DNA from: a virus
Lineage: Duplodnaviria > Caudoviricetes
Strand: one strand, 5' to 3'
DNA length: 25,116 nt
IMG/VR virus record: IMGVR_UViG_3300025121_000565
Coordinates: 1 to 25,116 of that record
The translations under genes and the position numbers were made by a program. Shown here in pieces: positions 7,364 through 13,996 of the stretch (the stretch's first letter is position 1; each line of letters opens with the position of its first letter). The notes under the pieces were generated by a model, which was not told where the DNA came from, made no database searches, and saw only the letters and a program-made list of their open reading frames with translations.

Positions 7364-8838
7364 CTCCACCCCCCGGCGGGCTGCCGCTCGATCACCCAGC
7401 CGCGCTCACGGTAGACCCGCAGGCGCGCGAGCGCGTGCTGGGCCAGGTAGTCCTTCCGGGCGCCTGGGTCCCGGCCGTCCAGGGCGTCGTAGACCAGCAC
7501 CTCCGCCTTATCTGATCGCGGCCGCAGCATCCGGCCGAACCCCTGGAGGACCGCGATCTCGCTCAGTGAGCCCCCCGCCAGAAGCCCAGCGTCGATCTCC
7601 GGGACGTCCATCCCCTCGCGGAACCACGGCGTCGCGACCAGCACGCCGCCCCCAGCGAGTAAGCGGTAGCGCCCGAGCGCCGCCTCCCGGTCCCGATCCT
7701 CCCCCGTCAGGCACCACGTCCGCTCGACCCCGCGCCGGCGGACCGCCGCCTCGAGGGCCGCGGCGTGGGGCCGGAGCTCGCACAGCACGAGGACCCGCTC
7801 CCCCGCCAGCGCGTGCCGCGCGGCCGCTGCGGCGAAGGCCTCGGTCCGGTCGCGGTTCCCGACGATCCCCCGCCGTCGGGCCTCGTCAAAGAGGCGGGTC
7901 CCGAGGCGCGCGAGGCGCTTCGGGTCGCGGCGCCAGTCCGGCAGGACGGCCTCCCGCACCTCCTCGTAGGACGGGTAGCTGGCGGGCGGTGGCTCCAGCA
8001 GCCGCACGGTCGGGCGCGCCAGGAACCCGGCGGCCTCGAGCACGCCAGTCTCGGCCGCCACGACAGTCGGGCCGCACACGCCCTCGAGCAGGAGGTCGGT
8101 CAGCGGGTCGCGCCGCGGGGCGGTGCCCGAGAGCCCGATCCTGTAGGCGGCCGACCCGCAGGCCTGGGCGACGAGTCTCCACGTGTCGGCGGCTCCGTGA
8201 TGGCATTCATCGAGCACCAGCACCCTGACGGCCCCCAGGCGGGCCAGCGTGCCCGCGTGGCGCGACTCGAGGCGGCGGGCGAGGGTCGGGACCATCCCGA
8301 CCGTCACGGCCCGCCAGTCGGCCGCCCCGGCCCCCACACGCCCAATCTCGACCCCGAGCCGCGCGCGGAGGCGCTCGGCGGTCTGGCGCGCGAGGTCCGC
8401 CCGGTGCGTGAGCCAGAGGGCCGGGGCCCCGACGCGTCGGATCACCTCGGCCCCGATCTCGGTCTTCCCGGACCCGGTCGGGCACTCGATCAAGACCCGG
8501 CGCCTCTCGACCGCCGCGTCGGCGGCCGTGACCTGGTAGGGTCGCAGCTCGACGCCCGCGAGCCGGTCAGCGAAAGGCATCGGCGCCGTGGGGTCGTCGT
8601 CGACCTGGATCCGCGCGTCCACGATCGCCGCCACGCGCTCGGCGAGCCCGGACGGGAACGCGCCGGACGCAGAGACGAGACATCTGGTACCGTCCCAGCG
8701 GCCGTTCTGGTAGGCGCGCGTGTGGCGCGCGCCCGGCACTTCGGCGGTCAAGGCCTCGCGCGCCGCGGCCCGGGCCTCTGGCGGTCCCTCGAGTCGGGCC
8801 CACGGGCCCCGCACGCGGACGACGGCGATAGCGCTCAT
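7360..8838 (-). CDS. superfamily 2 (DEAD/DEAH, ResIII/UvsW-like) helicase (492 aa)
   Basis: LRPYQ, CPTGSGKT, DECHH, GLSGT, EGMDVPEID, QGFGRMLR; ATGA overlap at 8835-8838. Confidence 0.92.
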   Translation of the reverse strand: MSAIAVVRVRGPWARLEGPPEARAAAREALTAEVPGARHTRAYQNGRWDGTRCLVSASGAFPSGLAERVAAIVDARIQVDDDPTAPMPFADRLAGVELRPYQVTAADAAVERRRVLIECPTGSGKTEIGAEVIRRVGAPALWLTHRADLARQTAERLRARLGVEIGRVGAGAADWRAVTVGMVPTLARRLESRHAGTLARLGAVRVLVLDECHHGAADTWRLVAQACGSAAYRIGLSGTAPRRDPLTDLLLEGVCGPTVVAAETGVLEAAGFLARPTVRLLEPPPASYPSYEEVREAVLPDWRRDPKRLARLGTRLFDEARRRGIVGNRDRTEAFAAAAARHALAGERVLVLCELRPHAAALEAAVRRRGVERTWCLTGEDRDREAALGRYRLLAGGGVLVATPWFREGMDVPEIDAGLLAGGSLSEIAVLQGFGRMLRPRSDKAEVLVYDALDGRDPGARKDYLAQHALARLRVYRERGWVIERQPAGGWR

Positions 8839-9821
8839 TGACACCGAGTTAGGAGTTCCCACGCTCTAGCGGCTTGGGCGGGCACGACGGCGTTGCCAAG
8901 GGCGCGAAGTCGGTCCACCCGACGGGCACGCCCATCAGCCACTCGACGAAGCGGGAGTTGAGCCTCAGTCGCGGGGGCGAGGTCGGGCCAACGGGCGAGG
9001 ACGGCGGCCCACCGATCCCGCTCCTCGGGGCTTGGCGGCCAAGCGGGCGGCCCTTCGTCCCGTAAATCTCCGCATCCGACTTCTGGCTGGAATCCGACCG
9101 CCAGTCGCGGCTCGTCAGGGTGGACCACAACTCCGCGTCCCGTTTCAGGTTTGTTCCCTGTATGCTCGTCGCGTCTGACCCCGGGCGCCTTCCGTCGTGC
9201 GCGCTCGGGCTCGCCCACAACTGTTCCGCGACATTGTGAAGCCCAACTTGTCGTTTCTTTCCGTCCGGTGTCATGCCCGCCCGAGGCATTCCGCCCCTCG
9301 GCTTCCGCCCGCCATTCGGGACGTTCGCGGTGGGCCAGCACGAAGACTCGCTGCCTCCGGTGCGGCGCGCCGACTTCAGCCGCCGTAACGAGTCGGCACG
9401 CAGTGACGTAGCCCAGGCCGTGTAACTCGGGCAGGACGACATGGAAGAAATACGGCAAGGCACCGGGAACGTTTTCGAGAAACACAACTCTTGGATCGGA
9501 CTCAGCGACGATCCGGCGCACGTCAGGCCAGAGGTTGCGGGCGTCGTCGGCCCCCCGTCGCTTGCCCGCGACGGAGAAGGGCTGACAGGGAAACCCAGCG
9601 TGGACAAGATCGATTCGGCCGCGCCACGGGCGTCCGTCGAAGGTCCGGAGGTCGGGCCAGATCGGGGCACAATCCAACCATCCGTCCTCCATGCGCCGAA
9701 TGAGCACGTCCTGGCAGTACGGGTCCGCCTCGACGTAGCAGACCGTCCGGTAGCCGGGCACGACCCGCTTGAGTCCATATCCAATTCCTTCGACCCCGGA
9801 GCAGAGCGAGAGCGCATTCAT
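8835..9821 (-). CDS. DNA (cytosine-5) methyltransferase, alpha-like chain
   Basis: Motif I SLCSGVEG, IV GFPCQPFS, VI ENVPG, VIII HRRQRVF, X LRALGNAVVP; no recognisable motif IX in this frame. Confidence 0.92.
   Translation of the reverse strand: MNALSLCSGVEGIGYGLKRVVPGYRTVCYVEADPYCQDVLIRRMEDGWLDCAPIWPDLRTFDGRPWRGRIDLVHAGFPCQPFSVAGKRRGADDARNLWPDVRRIVAESDPRVVFLENVPGALPYFFHVVLPELHGLGYVTACRLVTAAEVGAPHRRQRVFVLAHRERPEWRAEAEGRNASGGHDTGRKETTSWASQCRGTVVGEPERARRKAPGVRRDEHTGNKPETGRGVVVHPDEPRLAVGFQPEVGCGDLRDEGPPAWPPSPEERDRWAAVLARWPDLAPATEAQLPLRRVADGRARRVDRLRALGNAVVPAQAARAWELLTRCQ
8849..9442 (-). CDS. nested alternative-frame ORF, putative methyltransferase beta chain (start uncertain)
   Basis: Frame open 8849..9817; repeats WPTANV/WASPSAHD/WSTLTSRDW and a motif IX-like LNSRFVEWLMGVPVGWT. 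Confidence 0.65.
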   Translation of the reverse strand: MSSCPSYTAWATSLRADSLRRLKSARRTGGSESSCWPTANVPNGGRKPRGGMPRAGMTPDGKKRQVGLHNVAEQLWASPSAHDGRRPGSDATSIQGTNLKRDAELWSTLTSRDWRSDSSQKSDAEIYGTKGRPLGRQAPRSGIGGPPSSPVGPTSPPRLRLNSRFVEWLMGVPVGWTDFAPLATPSCPPKPLERGNS

Positions 9822-9920
9822 CTGTCCCCCGTCGCGTAATATCGTACCGCTGGCGGAAGGGAGGGGCTCCCCGGCCGGCGCCGGGGACGTTGCCCGCAGG
9901 TAGTCAGCCTGGACCCCTCT

Positions 9921-10970
9921 CTACGCCAGCCACACTCGGTGCTCGACCGTTACCCCCCGGCGATCGTGTGCGAACATGAGCCACTGGCCGGGCGGGTTCT
10001 GGGCCTTGATCTCTTCCTGGAGCCAGGTGTTGCCGGACTCGGTCGACCCGTTGACCCACAGGATGCGGGCAAGGCCCTCGTGCGTCTGGTTGACCGGGAT
10101 CGACCACATCGAGTGCCAGTGACCGCAGAGCCCGTACCGGAACTGCTGCGGGAGCGTGCCCGAGGCCCACGACATGATGGCCCGGATGAAGCCGTACATC
10201 GGGATGCCGGCGAACCCCCCGCCCCGCATTTGGTCGCCGTGGAAGCAGAAGAACGCGTTCCGCCCCACGCTGAAGACGCGGTACCAGGCCCGCTCCCCGG
10301 GTTGATAATTCGGCAACCACCGGAGGCGTGCCTCGCCCCTGAGCTGCTGGTGCGTGGCGTGATAGAGCATGGCGTCGGCGTTCGTCTCGGGGTGGTAGTC
10401 CCCACGGCGCCCGATCCGCCCGTGGTTCCCGACAACGTCGTGGACCTCGACCTCCTCAAAGTAGTTGAGGAGGTCGCGCAGGAGAGTCCCCAAGATCTCG
10501 GGACCGTCGAGCAGGACTTGGCGGAAGAGCGAGGCGTCGACGCGCCACGCCTGGCCCGGGAAGATGGTCTCTCCCTCGACGAGGTCGCCGAGCAGGCACA
10601 CGACCGCCTTCCGGATTGGACGGTCCGCCCGCTGGATGCCGACGAGGCGCCGGACGCGGTCGGCGTACAGCGCGATGCGCTTGGCACAGACCTCGGTGCT
10701 GTAGGTGGGGGTCCGCTTCCCGAGCTGCCAGTCCGAGACCAGTAGGATGGCGGTCTCGGGGTCATCCTTTCTGCGCTCCGCCCGCGGGGCGGCGACCGGC
10801 CGGTACGTGACCTGGTCAGCGGCCTCCCGCGCGGCTCGGTACACGGCGTCGACGAGATCGCGGGACGTCAACTTGGCCTCGTCGAGCTGGCGTAAGAGCT
10901 TCGCGTTGTCCGCCTGGAGCTTTCGGATCGCCGTTTCGTGCTTCGCGGCGTCCTGCATCGTGGTCTTCAT
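9921..10970 (-). CDS. calcineurin-like metallophosphoesterase with N-terminal coiled coil (349 aa)
   Basis: SDWQLGK, LGDLVEG, GNHG, FHGD, GHWH; AAGGGG RBS before ATG 10970. Confidence 0.88.
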   Translation of the reverse strand: MKTTMQDAAKHETAIRKLQADNAKLLRQLDEAKLTSRDLVDAVYRAAREAADQVTYRPVAAPRAERRKDDPETAILLVSDWQLGKRTPTYSTEVCAKRIALYADRVRRLVGIQRADRPIRKAVVCLLGDLVEGETIFPGQAWRVDASLFRQVLLDGPEILGTLLRDLLNYFEEVEVHDVVGNHGRIGRRGDYHPETNADAMLYHATHQQLRGEARLRWLPNYQPGERAWYRVFSVGRNAFFCFHGDQMRGGGFAGIPMYGFIRAIMSWASGTLPQQFRYGLCGHWHSMWSIPVNQTHEGLARILWVNGSTESGNTWLQEEIKAQNPPGQWLMFAHDRRGVTVEHRVWLA

Positions 10971-11229
10971 AGATCCCCTTTGCATTGTCCGCTCGGCACG
11001 TTGGGCACTCTCGACGGCGGTGCTTGTGGACGGTGGTCGGACTCGTTCCGGCGTACCCGCGCGCTTGCAGGACGCTCAAGAACGCCTCTTGGCTGATCGC
11101 CGGGTCGGCGAGCGCCCGCCGGAAGTCGGCGCGGTCATCGCGCGAGAGCGCCCGGTAGAAGTCCCTCAGGAGGCAGGGCCTCAGTCTCCGGCCCGCCGCC
11201 TCGGCGGCCATCAGGTCGTACAGTCCCAC
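10816..11229 (-). CDS. small Cys/His hypothetical protein; 3' end overlaps the phosphoesterase gene
   Basis: GGGAGG RBS; RPC...TVHKHRRRECPTC; last ~50 codons lie within the next gene in another frame. Confidence 0.65.
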   Translation of the reverse strand: MGLYDLMAAEAAGRRLRPCLLRDFYRALSRDDRADFRRALADPAISQEAFLSVLQARGYAGTSPTTVHKHRRRECPTCRADNAKGIYEDHDAGRREARNGDPKAPGGQREALTPARRGQVDVPRSRRRRVPSRAGGR

Positions 11230-11307
11230 GCCCTCCCTTATCGCGCCTCGGGCGGATGGCTCACCGCCCGCAGCTCCCCAGCCGCTCCGTCCCGTTCTCG
11301 CCGCCGC

Positions 11308-11805
11308 TCATGCTTTCTCTCCGAGGAGCCGTCTCAACATTGCCTCGTCAAACGACTTGTACGCCTTCCCGTCCCGCCACCACCGTTTCCCGAGGTTCGG
11401 GTGGTCGCGCCCCAGGCGCCGGAGGTCGCAGTGAAGGCCCGGGGTGTTCCACCTGGGGTAGAGCCCGACCCCGTTCCACGGGAACCTCTCGGCCCACAGC
11501 CACAGGTCGACCAGCGGCACGGGCTCCACGACGCGGCGGCCCCCAGCCTGGCGCACGACCTCGGCGTGGTAGTCCACCGCCGTCGCGAGCGGGCGCGCGG
11601 TCGTGTAGTGGCTCGAGTCCCCAGCGTCGTGGCTGCCGGGCCGGTCCCACGCGACGTGGATCACGTACCGGACGCCCGGCAGCGCCACGCCATGCGCGGC
11701 CCGCTGCTCGTCCAGCAGGTACACGACGTCCGGCTCCACGAGGTCCGGGTCGTGCACCCACTCCTCGCGCCGGAAGTGCCTGACGCGCCCCCACTCCACA
11801 CTCAT
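11308..11805 (-). CDS. peptidase M15A-like Zn peptidoglycan hydrolase, probable endolysin
   Basis: HFRREEW, LLDEQR, SSHY...AVD, GVGLYP...GLHCDLR give the H-D-H Zn ligand pattern; follows the tail module. Confidence 0.8.
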   Translation of the reverse strand: MSVEWGRVRHFRREEWVHDPDLVEPDVVYLLDEQRAAHGVALPGVRYVIHVAWDRPGSHDAGDSSHYTTARPLATAVDYHAEVVRQAGGRRVVEPVPLVDLWLWAERFPWNGVGLYPRWNTPGLHCDLRRLGRDHPNLGKRWWRDGKAYKSFDEAMLRRLLGEKA

Positions 11806-11844
11806 GCCGCGCCCCCGCGATATACCCTATAGGAGGACCGCATC

Positions 11845-12054
11845 ATGACGCCGACGGCGCTCTTCGTGCTCTGGCTCCTGTACTCGACCCCGTGGGCCAT
11901 CGGGCCCGTCCCGATGACACCCGGCTGGGCGGGCGTCGCGCTCCTGGACCAGGAGGCGTGCCTCGCGGCGCTCGAGCGCTCGCCCCGCCCCGGCGCGTGC
12001 CTGCCGGGCGGCGCCCCCGAGCCCGGGCCGCTGGCGCGTGTCGAGCGCCGCTGA
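11845..12054 (+). CDS. small hydrophobic/secreted protein (69 aa), only credible plus-strand gene
   Basis: AGGAGG at 11831-11836; hydrophobic N-terminus ALFVLWLLY; two Cys; exactly fills the gap between two minus-strand genes. Confidence 0.7.
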   Translation: MTPTALFVLWLLYSTPWAIGPVPMTPGWAGVALLDQEACLAALERSPRPGACLPGGAPEPGPLARVERR

Positions 12055-12058
12055 GGGG

Positions 12059-12517
12059 TCACCGCGCCTCCCAGGCGGCGCGCGAGACCGTGAACGCGGC
12101 CTCGGGAGGGTCGCCCGAGATCCCGCCCCAGGCCCACGGGCCGGCCGCCAGCTCCCGGACCCGCTGGTCGAGGTGCCGGGTGTTGGACAGCAGGATGGCG
12201 GCCCGCACCTCCTGGACCGCGGGGTCGCGGAACGCCTCGTCCACCAGGTACTCCCGCACCCGCAGCCTGGCGCCGCAGCCCCGCGCCTCCGGCAGCAGGC
12301 AGACGCAGTAGGACACAGCGTTCGACCCCGCCGACTCGAGGGACCCGACGCCCAGCAGCTTGCTGCGGTCGTCGACCACTGCCCACGTCCGCTCGCCGGG
12401 ACGCGGGCGCTCGCGCCAGCGCGGGCCGAACGCCGCCTGGGGGTCCGGCAGGGACGCCATCGCGCGGCCCCACAGCGCCTCGGCGCACGGCCTCGTGACC
12501 TCCCGAAACCATATCAT
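12059..12517 (-). CDS. GNAT (RimJ/RimL-like) acyltransferase (152 aa)
   Basis: ATGA overlap at 12514-12517; WAVVDDRSKLLGVGSL, motif A LLPEARGCG, YLVDEAF...VRAAILLSN. Confidence 0.75.
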   Translation of the reverse strand: MIWFREVTRPCAEALWGRAMASLPDPQAAFGPRWRERPRPGERTWAVVDDRSKLLGVGSLESAGSNAVSYCVCLLPEARGCGARLRVREYLVDEAFRDPAVQEVRAAILLSNTRHLDQRVRELAAGPWAWGGISGDPPEAAFTVSRAAWEAR

Positions 12518-12642
12518 CCCGCGTCCTGCGGGTATGGCACCGTATAGTCGGCGAGCTGCTCCTCGGGCGCGCCGCCCTGCGGCGGCTCCGGGTCTCGGCG
12601 CAGGGTCTCCCAGAGCTGGTGGCGCGCGCACCGCTCGACCAT
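12514..12642 (-). CDS. 42-aa peptide (48 aa if it starts at TTG 12660)
   Basis: Fills the intergenic gap; its TGA overlaps the GNAT ATG; GGAG lies upstream of TTG 12660. Confidence 0.5.
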   Translation of the reverse strand: MVERCARHQLWETLRRDPEPPQGGAPEEQLADYTVPYPQDAG

Positions 12643-12652
12643 CGCGCACGCG

Positions 12653-13996
12653 TCAGACAAGCGGCATCTCCAGCTCCACGAGTGGGCGCCGGAACTTCGT
12701 GTGCCGGACCTTGAGCCCCCAGCCGGCGCCCCGCGCGTGCTCCTGCATGACGGGCGACTCCCAGTACTCGGTCGGCATGAAGATGCTGGCGTCGCTGTAC
12801 CCGGCCGCCAGCATCCAGGCCTTCGTGGCATGAAGCGAGTCCGCCATCGGCTCCTGGCGCATCGGGGTCAGGAGCGCGATGTTCCCGAGGTGCCGGCCCC
12901 CGCGGTCGGCCCGGAACCTGACCGCCCGGACGTCCGGCTTCCCGGCGCGGCCCGGGCGCTCGGTCACCAGCAGGGTGGCGCGGTCGAGGTGGTACTGGTC
13001 CTCGCACCGCTGGGCGTACAGCGCCTGGTCCGGGGCGTCGCGCCAGCGCCCCCGGACGTGCTCGACGAGCGCCGGGACCTCGCCCTCCTGGGCCTCGCGG
13101 GTCGCGTAGCCGCCGCGCTCGAACGTCGCCCCCACCGCCCGGCGCGCCGGCCACCCGCGGAACACCGCGTCGTCGAGCGGGAACTCCAGCAGCGTCGCGG
13201 CGCGGTACGCCCCCACCTCGCGGGCCCCGTAGTTGGCCCGGAGGCCCGCGATCCAGTCCGGGCGGTTGGCGCGCGTGCGGGACAGGAGCGCGCCGTGCCC
13301 CATCGCGCGGAGCGCCCCCCAGACCGGGCGCTCGGCCTCGCGCCAGAACCAGGCGGGGCGCTCGCGGTTGAAGTGGATCGTCCACGTCACGGTCGGGCGC
13401 CGGTCGTCCAGGTACACGAGCTCGTGCTGGAGCGGCCGGCCCCGGAACTCGAGCGCGAGCTGCCACGTCGAGGGCTGGTCGACGCGGCCCGCGAGCTGGC
13501 ACCACGCGTGCGCCTCCGGCGGGTCGCAGCACGGCGGGTCGCCAGGGCACCGGGCCGGGAAAATACCCGCTTCCACCCCGACCGCCGCGCTGGCGTCCAG
13601 GTCGTCGGCCGTCAGGCGCCGCAGCCGCAGGCCCGGGACATCCGGGTACTCGTGCTCCGGCGTGTCGGGCGGGTCGAACCTCGTCACGGTCGAGGGCGGC
13701 GGGGTCGCGGCCCCGCTGTCCGCCCACCGCGCCTTGAGGTGCCGGTGCGCCCGGGCCTCGACGACGGCCTCGTACCCGTTGTAGCCGCGCGACCGGAGGA
13801 CGCGCCACAGGACCCGGTCGTCGTGCGGGAGCGCGAGCCCCCGGTCGGTCCACCGCGCGACCGGCAGGACGTCCGGCCCCTGGAGCAGCTCGGCGTCCGC
13901 CGCCGTGACCCGCACCTCGCCGGGCGGGGCGTCGACCTCCGACGAGACCACGGCCGTCACCCACCCGCCGGCGTCGAGCGCGACCCCGTGCCTCAC
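12653..13996 (-). CDS. 447-aa protein with two probable degenerate GNAT-like domains
   Basis: GTGA overlap with the tail-tip gene stop; GLRLRRLTADDLDA and GYATREAQEGEVPAL resemble GNAT beta1-alpha1 starts; no clear motif A. Confidence 0.55.
   Translation of the reverse strand: MRHGVALDAGGWVTAVVSSEVDAPPGEVRVTAADAELLQGPDVLPVARWTDRGLALPHDDRVLWRVLRSRGYNGYEAVVEARAHRHLKARWADSGAATPPPSTVTRFDPPDTPEHEYPDVPGLRLRRLTADDLDASAAVGVEAGIFPARCPGDPPCCDPPEAHAWCQLAGRVDQPSTWQLALEFRGRPLQHELVYLDDRRPTVTWTIHFNRERPAWFWREAERPVWGALRAMGHGALLSRTRANRPDWIAGLRANYGAREVGAYRAATLLEFPLDDAVFRGWPARRAVGATFERGGYATREAQEGEVPALVEHVRGRWRDAPDQALYAQRCEDQYHLDRATLLVTERPGRAGKPDVRAVRFRADRGGRHLGNIALLTPMRQEPMADSLHATKAWMLAAGYSDASIFMPTEYWESPVMQEHARGAGWGLKVRHTKFRRPLVELEMPLV

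Noticed and set aside
9841-9887. GC hairpin (9868-9887) and a TACGAT -10-like hexamer upstream of the methyltransferase
   Set aside because: No U-tract and no -35 match; too weak to call a terminator or promoter.
11238-11311. Two tiny coupled ORFs (16 aa and 8 aa) after the endolysin
   Set aside because: Too short, not hydrophobic so not holin-like; may be remnants or chance.
11802-13964. Long same-strand alternative-frame ORFs (720 aa here, 916 aa at 19997..22747, 628 aa at 15392..17278)
   Set aside because: Arg/Gly/Pro-rich off-frame translations with no family motif, unlike the nested methyltransferase frame.
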